The translations under genes were made by a program, and so were the position numbers. DNA of 64,000 nucleotides from Raillietiella orientalis (taxonomy: Eukaryota). The notes below the pieces were generated by a model that saw only the letters and a list, made by a program, of their open reading frames with translations, did no database searches and was not told the origin of the DNA. The stretch lies in NCBI GenBank assembly GCA_036172245.1, contig JAYWIR010000005.1:2294001-2358000 (forward strand), written 5' to 3'. Shown piece by piece: positions 38,296-51,403 of the stretch. Position 1 is the stretch's first letter. Each line of letters starts with the position of its first letter.

Positions 38296-41200
38296 TCATG
38301 GTGGGTTTCCTGCTGTTTGGTCCCGGGCGTTGTCTTCTATCCTCTTCAGGATGAATCGGTACGTCCAATCTTGGATTTTCCCACAGTTTCTAATGCCGAT
38401 TTCTCTCTTCAGGAGCCCTTGTAGGATCTCCATCGGTGGTGCGGCTCTTCTAACTTTACTCATTTTCCACCACCGCACAAGTATGACGGTGTTTAAGAGG
38501 GCGATGATCGTCCTCACCATGGGATTGTAAGAGGGAACATTACCATCCCCCTGAAACATCCCGGCGAGGATCTCCATTACGGACCTGGTGGTGAGTCCGA
38601 TGATCCATTTCAGGATCAGCCAGTCATGCAGCAATGTGGGACACGTCAAGCCGTGAAGTCTTGTGTCGATATCTCCACATGCTGTGCAGTCTCGATCTTC
38701 CCTTCTTCCGGTGTAGTGCTGCAATCGGGACCCACTCTGGATTCCTCCATGACGAAACATCAGGAGGTCATCCTGAGAGCCCGGCGGAAGGTCACTCCTT
38801 CAGAGCGTCGTGCCAATCGCTAACAGGTTGATCCGGTCACTCCCGTAGCGATCGGCGGCTTCCTGGAGGGCACTAGTATCACTGTGTTCTTCTTGAATTA
38901 GTCTTCGGAGGTTTGTTTTGGTTACCCTGGTCCACGCAAAGTCCTGGTTGAACCACACCTCGCGAGTCATGTGGGTAAACCTTCCTAACATCATCTCTAT
39001 ATACCTAAGTATACGAGTGTGATGTACGTACCCTCCTCGTTTCCACTCCTGGATTCGTTGAAGGGTAACTCTGGACCGCTGGTGGATCCAGCTTCTCGTG
39101 TCCGGCAGGACAGGAAGCATCCAAGGGATCACCAGGATAGACTCGTCCTGCCAGAGTTCCCTACTTCTCGGCACGATCTTGATTTTGTGCTTTCGCATCA
39201 GCCGTTGCTTCCTCGTCCAGGTTGGGTCGTTTTTTTTCCATTCGCCTGCTCGGCCTAGCAGCGCAGTCATCAGGCCTTTCGAGTTGTTCAACAACAACGC
39301 GTAGGCCCTGTGCGCCGCATACGGCTAGTCATCCCAGTGAGTGGCAATGTCCAGGATGTGTCGCGTATCCATGATTTCTATGGAGTGTGCAAACGACTTC
39401 ATCCCGGAACCGCCTTCTTCCCTCGGACGACACAGGGGTTTTAGTCGGACTCTTGGGCGATAGTGGCCTTACAGTGTTTTACTCTGCAGCTTGTCGAACT
39501 CCCTCGTGGTTTCCTTGTTCATACTCGCGAAGACCGCCCCGAAGAGCACTTTTGGAAGGAATACTGCGTTCCATATTTTGGCCTTTCGCTTCATTCCAAG
39601 GTCCGTTCGGGTGTACTTGGCTGCTTCCTTGGCCGTTTTCTTTAGGATCTCGGTCCACAATAGCTTCGACGCGAAAACTTCGCCAATGTAGACACCCAGG
39701 TACTTGGCCTTGTCCACCGTTCGGAATCCTTACCCCGCTAGAGTGGAGAGATCGAGGATTCCAACGGGCAAGAGCTGGATTTTCTGGGCGTTGATCTTTA
39801 GATCGAGGCCTTGATCCATCAGGTCTACCACATCCAGAAACGCTCGTTGATTTCTCTCTCCCTTGATAAAAAAGAGTAGATCATCAGCGTATCTCAGATG
39901 AGTAAGACGCTCGCCATCGATTGCTATGCTTTGCAGTCGTCCGCTCTTCTGGATAAAGGACGACAACGCCTCCATGTAGATGCCGAACAGCATCGGACTT
40001 AGCGAATCGCCCTGCCGGACTCCCCGTTCCATCCGGATTGCTGCCGTCTCCTGGCCGTTGATTTTGATTCGGCAGTACTGGTTCTGGAGTACCACCCTCA
40101 CGAAGTTGCTGAAGTGTTCCGGAAGGGCTAGCTTCTCCAGAACCTTCAGCAGCATCCCATGGTCGATGGAGTCGAAGGCCTTCTCCATGTCAGTGAACAC
40201 CAGCACCAGGTTCTCGCCGACGTATCGACTGAGTCCAACAGTGGCCTGGGCACACTTGACATTGTCCGACATGTGACGTGCAAGGAGCGCACACGTTTGG
40301 ACCGGAGAGATAAGCCACGACATGACCTTGCCTAAGCGGTTGGACCAGATCTTCGCCAACCACTTGGCATCGGAGTTCAGGATCGAGATTGGCCTCCATT
40401 GAGCGACCTGCGTGAGGTCGCCTCCTTTTGGCAACAATCTCATCCGACTCTCGTAGAAGGACTGTGGAAGTCTTCCTTCTTCGCGGATGTAGAGGGTCAA
40501 CAAACGCAGGTAGGCATGCATGTACCGCTGAGAGTGAGTGATGGGTACGATGTCAGGGCCCGCTGCCACGTCCTTGCGTAGTTGACCAAACGCAGTCTTC
40601 ACCTAGTCTTCGGAGAATTCCTCCCCCAGTCTGTTTCGCGGGAGATCGTCGGTCCTCTTCTCGAGGTTGCTCAGAAAGGCCTGTTGACTAGAGCGACAGA
40701 GATGTTGTCGCCTAAGGTGTTTCGTGTAATGCCGTTGAAAGGCATCCACGATGTCCTCAGACGACTGTCGCTTTCGACCGTCGTACTGGATGCAGAAGAT
40801 ATCTGTTGCCAGATTTCTCTTCTCCAGCACGCCGACTTCCCCATTTATGTTCTTGAAGACGTACCGACTCTCGTACTGATCGAAGTACTTTGAGAGTGAG
40901 CGATCTTGGATGTTCAACTCCCGGTACGCCTCCTGCCTCAAGCGCCTATCTCCTAACTGCATGTTTGCAAACAAGTGTATCCTGTGTTTCAGGCTGTCTC
41001 AGTCGGCGACTCTTCGGATTATGGTTGCCTTCAGAATCGTCTCCAGGACAGCCTGATGTCCGGGATGGGTTTCGAACCAGGCGGGCATGCTGATGAGCGC
41101 CGCCCTGGTGCCTGGCCTCCGCCGAGGATTCTCCATTCTTAGGGAAAACCGCACCAGGGGGTGATCGGAAACCGTGGTCATAATGTCTCGAAACCCCTGG

Positions 41201-41802
41201 ATGCGGTTCCCAAGTTCGGTGCTGTGCAGGACGTGATCGATCGGCTTGTGACTTGCAGTTCGCCACACCAGTCCGAACTCGTCGGATAACCGCCGATACG
41301 CCGTCCTTCCTCTGGCGTCTTCGGAGTGAGTGATCTCATCCAATATGTTGATATCGCCAGCAACAATCACGACGTCCTTGGGGGCGACCTTTTCACGGAG
41401 TGCTGCATGCAGCGCCTCCGCACAACGATGTTTTAGCCTGTGCGGCCCGTACACGTTGACCAGGATGAGGTGAACAGTAGCGGACTAGGCCAGTCGCACG
41501 CCGATGATTCGTCCGGGTTGGGGATAGAACACTTCCAGAATAGTGGGGGCCAAGTTATTCTTGATTAGGACCGCCACACCCTGCGTGTTCCGTTCTCCCT
41601 CGCTGACGAACATCTGCCCATTGAATCGCCGTTCCATTTGCTTACTAATCTCGAGACCCATCCTGTGGGTCTCCTGCAGGCACACTATGTCTTGTTGTGC
41701 GATGTTGCGCACAATCCTTTTTCTTTTTCCCTGGTCGACCGTACCGTTTACATTCCAGGAGGCGATGTTCAGCCTCCTGGCGGTCGACAGGGAAGAGGCC
41801 AT
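38296..41802 (-). pseudogene. Element D ORF2: APE endonuclease-RT-Cys motif, several stops and frameshifts
   Basis: ASWNVNG, CLQETH, NVYGP, GDIN, SDH; WRPISILN, DMEKAFD, GVRQGDSLSP, YADD, AKYLGV; CTACGDIDTRLHGLTC. Confidence 0.92.
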
Positions 41803-41815
41803 AAAAGGGGAAGAC

Positions 41816-43602
41816 CTATTTTTTGGCCTTCCTGAGCTTCTTCTGTCTGAGAGAGCGTGCTCTTCCAGACAATGAAGAAGCAGTGGGATTCTCGCTGCCG
41901 GCGTCACTCTCTGTTCCGGTGAGGTCGGTTACTTCCGCCTCCTCCGTCGAGTGTTCGGCCCGCGCGATCAATTTTCGAGATAGCGTCTCTATGTCGACCT
42001 TGGCGCAGAAGTTCGCCTTTACGTCGAGAAGCTGTTCCTCTAGCTTTTCGCGCTCGGTGACCTTCGCAACCTGGTTGACCTTTTCCTGTGCATTGCAGAT
42101 CTTCTGCAAGATTTTCTCTTGCTGGGACAGCTCTGCACCTCTAGGACTTCATTAACCAGTGATGGCAACTCCTCTTTAGATTGCAGGGTTTCCTGCGACA
42201 CCGGAGTGGCTTCAGCTATTTCTTCTTCCGCGCCTTCCTGCGCTTCCTCCATCTTCTCGCCTTCTTGCTCTTCACCTTGTAGGATAAGAGGGGTTTCTTG
42301 CTCCATGACGAGCATCCTCCTCTTTCCTTTCTTCCCTACCTGTATGAAGCCGTCTTCCGATACCGGGACGGCTTCTTCCACCTTCTTCGGCCTTCTTGCC
42401 TTCTGAGGCTGTTCCGCCTCCTTGGTGTTTCTCTCTCTCACGGGAGAGAGACCTCGAATCCTTCTGGAGTTTGCAAACTCCGGACAGCTCCATCTGGCAT
42501 GTCCGTGTTTCTTGCAGAAGGAGCACACCTCCGGCTGCGGGCAGTTTCGGACTTGATGTCCTACTTTGCTGCAGCGGAAACAACGATACGTTGGGCAAGC
42601 GCCCGCCCTGTGGCCGAACTGCTTGCACCCGGTGCAGAATATCGGTTGTTGCCGGTAAGGCACGTTCACTCCCTGGGATTGTTCGTCAAGAACGGCTAAT
42701 CCAGGGATCACAGCTCCCTCTTTCAACTTCATTTTGGCGATCATGTCGCCAGAAAATATTTTTCCAGAGAAGTTCTGGAATTCAAGGTCCAGAACTTCCC
42801 CATACTGTTCCAAAAAGTTCCAAACCGTTAGTTGCGGTGTGAGGATGGAGATGCCGTTCAGAAACACGGTTGTGTATGGCATCTCGCCAACACCACCAAC
42901 CATTCTTCCTTGTATATTGATCACCTTCTGGATCAATCGCTCACTAATCTTTTCACAGTCTGTGAAGACTGTGAACCCGTTGTTTGCTGGTATGATCGCC
43001 TGTATGCGATCAAAATTCATGTCCGTTTTATCGAGGGACAGATACACCTTCATGATATTATTGAACTTGATGAGCCCAGTCTTGAAAATGATGGTCTTCA
43101 CATTCGGCCCTAACTCCACGATCGGCCGATCCACCTTTTGGACTTTACCGCATAGCGGCTTCCCGAATTTTCTTGGTGGGTGGACACTCGCTTGTCCAGC
43201 CGCCACCGACGCATAGGAAAAGGTCTGCGCCGGCGCAGCCGAACAAGATGGCGTGTCGCCCTGAACCGCGTGGACGCCCGCGGGTCCTGCCTGGGACGCC
43301 GCCGCTCCGAGCGCAACCCTCGAGGTCGCCACCGTTGCCGCCGCGGGCGGCACCCTCGGTATTGGCGCCGCAGGCGCGACCTTCCCAGCCGCGGGCACGA
43401 TCCTCGGCGTCGCCGCCGTGGGCACGACCTCCGCCGTCGTCGCCGCGGGCATGACCATTGGCATCGCCGCCGCCGGCGCAGCAAAGCCCGCCGCGGGCGC
43501 GATCCTCGGCATACCTGCCACCGCCTCGCCGTTGCCGGACGTTACATCCATGGCTTCCATGGGGGTCGACGGTCTCTCCACTCCTCCTCTATGTGCCTGC
43601 AT
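41816..43602 (-). pseudogene. Element D ORF1: RRM-like region plus three CCHC zinc knuckles, Ala/Pro-rich repetitive N-terminus
   Basis: FLEQYGEV, CTGCKQFGHRAGAC, CFRCSKVGHQVRNC, CSFCKKHGHARWSC. Apparent frameshift near 42.1 kb. Start codon uncertain. Confidence 0.88.
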
Positions 43603-43772
43603 CCTGGCAGCTGGTCTTGCTGCACAGGACCACTGCAGGTCTTTTGCCGCGATCTCCTCTCCGCTTCTTTTGTAGTTTCGTTCTGAAAACTTTCCCTCTC
43701 CGGGCACACACGAGCACAATTAACTGATTAGGTTGTCGAGCGCACAATACTTTGAGCCGCGAAGCAAGTTCA

Positions 43773-45186
43773 CCGACTCGGCAGGAGCGGAGCGATCTGC
43801 CGACTGTCAAGGAGGTGACTCCGTTGCCGCCTTTCAAAAGTGTAGCGAAAGCAACGCCCCCAGAGAAAGCAGCGAAAATCCCGGAGGTTTCTGCAACTAC
43901 CATCGCGGAAGCCTCTGAAAATCGCAAAGGCGAATGGAAGGTTGTGGAGAGGAGGAAAGAAAAATCTCCAAAAAAGGCTTCGCAACATCCATCCCTGAAC
44001 TCTTCCAAAGGAAAAAGCACTCGCGTGAATACGAAAACACGCGCGGCTTGTGCCTCTTCCCAGGAAAAAGCCAGCGCCTTCAACGCGTGCATGTGCGCTT
44101 CTGTGACCGCTGAAAAGACCATTCCGTTGCAATCGGACGGATGCAAGCGCACGTCGATCATGTGAGCATCAGACTCCGTAAAAATGTCCGAGAGTGCCGC
44201 TGAACCACGGGTTACTCGCGCGGGAGCGAGCGCCCGCAGGGCTGAAGCCCTGAGGCGTGACACACTCGCCGCGGAACGGCTAGTGCTCACCCCTGAACCC
44301 ACAGGTTCTGCACCCGGGGAGGAGCACTGGATTACGTGCAGCACAGTTGAGGCCGGTGGCGACCGCGCCCTCCAGCCCGTCGTGCTGATTCTTGCCCGCT
44401 TGCCGGGTAAGGCGAGCTCCACGGCCTCGCTTTCCGAGCCGTAATGAGGGCAATCGCGTCTTCTCGTCGTGTTGCCGTGACGTCTTGGAACGTCAACAGG
44501 CTCCAACACGAGGAGAAGAGGCGACTAGTGGCTGACGCTCTGCGCGCCTTCGACTTGACGCTCCTGCAGGAGATTCACAGCATCTCCGAAGAGCAGGCTG
44601 CCGAAAACAAACGGAGCGCGGGCGGAACGCTACTTTATAGGTGCGGCGCTGCACGTACGTGCAACCTCGCTTTCCTCGCGCGAGGAACTTTGGAGGGAGG
44701 GGTGCGCAGCGTTCGTTTCGACACGGAAGGCCGAGTGGGACAGCTTGTACTCAAGTGGTCCGACTCGATCGATATTGTCGTAACAAACGTATACGCGCCG
44801 AGCGGTGCTGGACGATGGGGCGAAAGGATTGAGTTCTTCGGTACCGTTTAGAGCCAGTGGCTCACTCCATCTTACCCTACTGTGGCCCATCTCATTGCGG
44901 GGGACTTTATCGTCCACCTGCTTTCCGAAAATAGCTCCCACAGAAAGGAAAAGTTGCTAGCGGAAGAGATGTGCGCGTCCGTGCACGCGTGCAACTTGTT
45001 AGCTAGCGACCCTGTGATGGCAGCAACGCCGGTCCACGTAAACCTTATGAACACTTGCTCTCTCGAGTGGGTCGGAGAGGTCCCTTGCCGTCCGTGCTTT
45101 CAGAACACAACTGGCTCGAGTTCGAGTTGCTCTTGCCAGGCAAAGGGCCTCAAAACTGTTTTTGGAGGATGCCTACAGACTGGATA
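43773..45186 (+). mobile_element. LINE A3 part 2: rest of ORF1 and APE
   Basis: Continues after the TSD. TAATG stop/start at 44442-44446. SWNVN, LQEIH, NVYAPS. Ends at WRMPTDWI. Confidence 0.88.
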
Positions 45187-46365
45187 AGCCAGTATCGATC
45201 GCCGGCACGCGTTTGATGGCCACACTGCTTGCTTTTATTGTTGGGCGTGGCGCGAGCTTTGCCTTGCCCTTCACCATTTTCGCCGGTACGGGCGCGGTTC
45301 TTTTACTAATTTTTACTTTGCGGGTGACCAGCTGCCAGCCTTTCTTGTCGGCAGTCTTTTCCAGGAGCTCCTGTACCGAGTCCCTTATCTGCTGCGCGAC
45401 TTTTGTCGGAGCCGACGGCTGATCCCCTTTTGTGGGGTTGATTGCTATTTTTGCCTTCCCTTCCTTTTTTTGCGGAATTTCCGGCGTTGGAGCGAAGTTT
45501 CTCGGGCACACCACTTTGGTGTGGCCCTTCGCGCCGCACGTTGGGCAGACTGCGTCCGGGCACCGCTTTTTCAAATGCCCGAACGTCTTACAATTGCCAC
45601 AAAATTTAGGTTTCCCCACAAACCAAATGTCGACAAACTCGTCGCCGATTTGGAGCTTGTGGGGAAGCTGGACGCTTTCTCGAAGCGTCACGCGCGCGCC
45701 TACTTGCCCATCAAATGCACCATTCACTTCGTAGGTGTTGGGCTTTCTCCTCATTGCGAAAACGCTTGCGAATTTTTCGAGTTCAGCGCGGATGGCGTTC
45801 TCATCCATCCGCACTGTTGTCCCTGTTAGGTGGTCCACAGTGGAGTGGTCCATCGTGTGTGGGAGTAAATTCCTGCCCTCAAATTGTACGGGCGTGCATA
45901 GCATCTTGTGGGTAAGAGCTGCATCCTTGCAGATGAGCTCCGCCAACTGCCCTCCGCTTCGTCTTGACAGGCAAAGAATTTAATGGTCGGCAATGCCCAT
46001 CTTTTTGATGGCATTGCCGAACTTTTGCGCCCTTAACGGGGAATATAAATTTCCTACCTTGTACAGGAGGGCCGGATTGTAGCCCTCCTGGATGTAGGAT
46101 TGTATTCCGGCGGCGACATGGGACGTTTCCGCCGCTGCCACCGCGCTTCATGCCCTCGCCGTAGTGGCGTGGGAAGGTGCAGAAGTAGTGGTCGGGCGTG
46201 ATCCCATCTCCTTTGGCTTAGGAGACACGGTCTTCTTGCCTCCCTCACCTGAAACTGCGGCGTTCACAGGCATTTCTGCCTGTCAACGGCCGCGAAACAC
46301 ACACCAAATAGCAGAAAAGAAAAACTCCTTATACACGGAGCGCACAACAATTGCGTCCGCCGTTC
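45187..46365 (-). mobile_element. Tx1-like LINE E: 5' end and ORF1 N-half (ATG 46273)
   Basis: GGACGC..GCGCTCC 5' motif. CGNCKTFGHLKKRC and CPTCGAKGHTKVVC knuckles. 3' part missing. Confidence 0.88.
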
Positions 46366-46374
46366 GCCTCCTCC

Positions 46375-48785
46375 TAAGGCGCTACAAGGGCCGCAGGGCA
46401 GCGCAGTACACTAAGAGATGGAGGAGAGATTCCTTCTTCCCGCACACTGCACAGTTCTGTCCCACGTTTCCCAACGTCCAGTGGTGGCAGCGCGCGTTGC
46501 AGGGAAGACCCAAGTGCAAGAACAACAGCGCCGTTTCCGGCCACTTGAGGGGGAGGTTGGATGCGTCTCTAAATAACGGGGACCACTCTAGGTCATCCGC
46601 CGGAATGCCATGCAGCTTGCCCCATCTCCGTACTTTATGCGAGTTAACGCTCGGGGTTACGGCGTCTGCCAGTTCCCTCATTGTCCTCCCGCTTAGATCC
46701 TTCTGGCCCGCTATCAGGCAGGGGACTTGCCATCTCAGCTTCCGGCTATTTTGAAGCTCCCTTCGTAGGAAGGGCAGCGCTGTGGCCAGTGGGGTCGTCT
46801 TCGCCCAAGTGCTCCTGGCGGGACACACGATCACGTTCCGCAGCGTGCAGCGGGTGTAGATGCCGGTGCGCAGGCGGTTGCAGGATTCTCCGCTGATGTC
46901 TTTCAACTTTGTCCACGTTCCAACTGTTTCTTCCAGCCATGCGCTGGAGTTGGCGGGGCTGCAGGCCATCCACCCGTTCTCCTTTGCCAGGGTGGCCATG
47001 CGTCCCAGGAGAAGTCCTCATCTTCTTATTTTCCGGCCGGGGCACAGAAGAAAAGACGCGAGTCCTTCAGTCCCGGACACACGTCTGGCGAGGAGGCGGG
47101 CTAAAAAGAACCAAGGGATGTTACACATTTTCGCTGCGATGGCTGGAGTACGCCACTGCAGCTGTGTTTCCATTCGCTCCATCGTCAGGATGCTAAGACC
47201 TCCGTCCCGACGTGGAGCGCACAAATCCTCCAGAAACACCGGTGGCCTCCCGACGCCCCACAGGGCGATGCGTAGGAGATCCTTTGTTCTTTTTTTTAAT
47301 TCACGGGGTACGAGGGAGAAAAAAGCAGAGGGCGAAGGAGGAGGGCCGCGAAAGCGTTCCACACCGCGGCTTGTTTCGGCAAGTGAAGCTAGCCTTCCAG
47401 GAACGGGCCGATCGCTGACTCCACTTTTTGGAGACGAACTGACCAGGCTTCTGTCTGGCAGAAGTCCCTCAACGGAACGCCGAGGTACTACAAGTACCTC
47501 TCCGTGGGGATCCACAGGCGGAACCAATCAGGTCGTCCTGCCCACTTTGCACCAACCGCAACCAGCGACGACTTCGTTCTGCTCACCCGTAGTCCTGTCC
47601 CACGGCTCAGCAAGTCGAAGAAATCTTCGACTGCCGAAGCCAAGGCGGACATGGGCAGCACTAGCAAAACATCGTCAACATACGGCGACATGGCCGGCAT
47701 ACCTAAACACGAGCTTGGCAGGGCAGCCAATGTCACCCTGTATGCTCTTAGCACCAGTTCGAAATAGGTGCTAAAGAGCAGGGGACTTTGGCTGTCGCCC
47801 TGCCGGATGCCGCGCCTTACCGGCACTCCGAACACGTGCTGTCCTCTGAGAAACAGATTCATGATCGCATTGCTCCAGCAGGAGCGCAAGTAGACCGTTA
47901 AGGTTTCCGGGAAGCCCATGCGATCCAGGAGTTCCAGAAGGACTTCCTGGTCCACGCAATCGAACGCTTTGTGCAGATCGACTGCGATCGCTAGAGCCCC
48001 CTTCCCTTCCCGGTCGTCCCTTACTTGCCTCGCTGGCTCTCCGAAATCATATTTCTCGACATTCCGTTCTTTTCCCAAATTTTTCTCGCGTTGCACATGA
48101 AACCACGTGCTGGCGAAGAACAGGTTCGCTTCCATGCTTCGCATGGGAACAGCGTTGGTCTGTTCCGGGCTGAAGAAGCTGTCAGATACCTGCCCCAGTC
48201 GCGCAGCCCACAGTCCAGCCAGCAGCTTGGCGTCCGTGTTCTTAATACTGATCGGACGCCAGTTGCATAATTTTCTGAGGTCTCCTCACTTAGGAAGGAG
48301 CCTAACCCTGGCTGACCGAAACGAGGCGGGAACATCGCCTTCGTTTCTGAACAGCCTTGTCAATTAGAGCAAGAGGGGGGCCAGCTCTTTCGCGAAGCAC
48401 TGAAAGAACTTCGCCGGTAGACTGTCCTCCCCTGGCGCCTTACGCCTCTTGAGCGTTTAAATAGCGGTGATGATTTCACCGGTCATAAAAGGCTCGTCGA
48501 GGCTTTCTTTCTCCTCCTCCCCTATGGCCGAAGCTCCGTCTGGAAGCAAGCGTCGCGAGACGTCCCACTTCGCAGGTACTGTGGCGTAAAGAAAAGAGTA
48601 AAATCCACGTAGGAGGCGACGTATCGATGCCGGGTCCGAGTATTCCTGGTCCAGGTCTTCGAGCACGCTGGGCGGCTTGGTTTGCCTAGGCTTGAAGCTC
48701 GTCCATGGTTTTGTACTCGGCCGAGCGACGGATGTCAGGGGTTCTCACGAAACGACGGGCATGCAAATGCGCCCTTTCGTTACGG
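46375..48785 (-). mobile_element. Tx1-like LINE F: ORF2 from just after the GFG site to the C-terminal Cys motif
   Basis: RNERAHL.., DLHKAFD, GIRQGDSQSP, YVDD, CAVCGKKESLLHLLVYC. 3' end missing. Confidence 0.9.
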
Positions 48786-51403
48786 AAGGACGTGTTTTTC
48801 CGTTGCTCCGTCAACAAGTACCTGAAAGCGGATTCTTCTTAGGAAGTGCGTGTTTTTTTACATCGTTGGTGTCCGATGGCATCGCTGCCAGAGGACACCA
48901 CGTTGAAGGTAGGCGTGAGGGAGGCTAGCCTCCCCCACGGCCAACAGAATCAGGGGCATCCACCCCGGAATCATCCCCGGCGACGCCGAGGAAGTGGAGC
49001 GCCATGGTTGCCGCGCCTAGCGCGAAAACCTTGGCGGAGCAAGCGGCCTACAGGGCCTCAGGTTAAAAACCATCTCTGGTTTATATGGTAGGACCCCTGT
49101 CTGATGGTCGTACCGCCCTGGCCTTCAGTAAGGCACTGCAGGACTTTCCTGTAAGAGAAGAGGATCTTGACGGCCTCTGCGTACTCAGCGGGGGGCAGCG
49201 CGTGGAGGTCGTCTCCAAAGACATATCCTTAGCACAGCGCCTGATAAACACCCCGCTAAATGTGGATGGCCGGAAAATCCTACCGGTTAGTATGGACCGC
49301 TCCGTTGTGGTCCATCTGACCGAAACCACAAATCGGATGAGGCGCTCGGCTGTCAATTCCGAGTTGATGAAATACGGCGAGGTACACGCGTTGTGGCCAA
49401 AGCCCACCATCTTCGAAGGCTTTAATAGCTATTTCGGAGACCAGGCTGCAGCGCTTGTCACTGTCAATGAGGGTGCTGGGTTGCCCCACAAACTGGAGGT
49501 CGCGAAGGAATCCGTAGACCTCTGGTACGTTGGGAGTCCCCGCTATTGTGACTACTGCAATGCAGTAGGGCACTTGCACAAGCGGTGCTCGAACATTGAG
49601 TGCCATTTGTGCGGGGTTAAGGGACACGTGCGTCGTGTTGCCCTAAACGCCCCACCCCGGTACCACCTGCTGCCAAAAAGGCGCAGACCAAAAAAATGAA
49701 CAAGGTCGAAAGACCTAAGCGAGAAACTGGCCGGCCACAGCCGACATCTTCCCTTGCTCTCACCCAGGCGTCGGAGGATAAAACCGCGGAAGACTCGAGA
49801 GTGGAGCAGCGATGGCAACTGGTAAAGGCCAGGAAGGAGAAACAAGTGGTGAAAGAACCACTAAAGAAAACGGAGAAAAAGAACACGGCCGGCAAAAAGA
49901 ATAAAGCCGCGCCGCTGTCAACAAAAACTCCGCGATTGCTCGGTAGCTCTGGATCGCGTAAGCGTTCCTGAGGCTGCCACCCGAAGCGACGTGCCTCCCC
50001 TCGCCGTTTCCGTCGCGAGCGAGGTTCGCGACGACAAACCCTCTGTTTACACAGAGGGGTAGCCATGCGACGCGTTCGCCGAGGGCGAGGACGCCGCCTT
50101 CGTGAAGGCGGCGGAGGAGCTCGCGGTCACGAAGGCCGAGCGTGAGAACCCCTCACTCAAGGCCGTGCGAAGGCCGGCTCCGCCGAAGAAGGCCCCCGAA
50201 GGTGAGTTCGACCTGGAGGCCGGAAGTGCATCCTCATCCTGTCCCAAAAACCGAGGAGGCGCCTCCCCTCCTCGAGCGAGGAGGAGAAGCCGGAAGCTGA
50301 CGCCAGCGTGTTAAACCCGGAGGTGGAATTCCCACGAACGGAAGCCGCCGAGCAGGCCACCCCCATGGAAGAGGGTGAACAGGGGGGTGAAGTCCTCCCT
50401 GCAGTCGCCAAACCTGAACAGCTCGCCCCCATGGAGGAGAACGAACAGGTAAGCGCGACCCCACCTGTGGGTGAACCGGCCGACGCGCCGTTACCCATGG
50501 AGGAGGGGGACCAGGTGCCCTCAGCACCTGACCCTCCCCCACCACCTAGCGTCTCGCCCCAACAGGTGGCGGACGCCGCATCGCCATCTTCCCAGGAGTA
50601 ACACCTGAGCTCGTCAGTCGCCGTCGGATCCGCGTGGCCAGTTGGAACGTCAACGGGCTGCGCGACGACGGCAACAGACGAGATACGGCCGACACCCTGC
50701 GTGAGTTCGACTTGGCCCTGATGCAGGAGATCCACGTGATCACCGCGGCAGACATCCAGGAGGTCGAGACGATCGCGGGGGGTTGGCTGTATTGGCGATG
50801 CGGCGCCCGCAACACCTGTGGGATAGCGATTTTCCTGCAACGGTCCATCGATGCTGCCGTGAAGGGCATGCTCTTCGATGTCGACGGTCGGGTCGGTCAG
50901 CTGATTCTCAGCTGGTCCGATTCGATCGACCTGATCGTCACGAATGTGTACGCCCCGAGCGGAAAAAGGGGATACAGCGACCGTACCAGGCTGCTGGAAA
51001 CCCTTAAGCGCGAATGGCTGGATGATACGAACGTGCGGAAGGCACACCTGATAGCTGAGGACTTTAATCTCCGTGTGCTGTCAGGTGAGCCCGAAGCACA
51101 GGAACGCACGGCCAACGAGTTGTGCGCTGCCATGCGCACGCGGAACTTGCTGGCGGACGTGGAGAGAATGGACCGCAGCATAGACCATTTCTTCCTGGAT
51201 GCCGACCTGTGCTCGCGGGTCGGCAAACGGGGGAGAGTTGCGTCGATGCTGTCGGACCAATCCCGGTTAATCGCAGAGGTATGCGCGCGCGACAAAGGAC
51301 ATTTGTCTAGGGCCTGGAGGCTGCCTGGGGACTGGACGCGGCTCTCAGGTGCGAAGGAACACCTTCGCCAATTCTTGAGAGGCGTCACCCTGCGGAATCT
51401 CGC
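48786..51403 (+). mobile_element. Tx1-like LINE I: 5' end, ORF1 (48876-50601), APE
   Basis: GACGTG at 48789, CCHC knuckles, APE motifs in ORF 50634-51851. Close relative of K. Confidence 0.92.

Larger units (their letters stand above)
38154..43772 (-). mobile_element. Full-length divergent Tx1/L1-clade LINE D (5.6 kb) with target-site duplication CCGACTCGGCAG
   Basis: TSD at 38142-38153 and 43773-43784. The host ORF1 frame (SPTRQ) rejoins across it. Complete ORF1/ORF2 layout with AATAAA near the 3' end. Confidence 0.93.
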
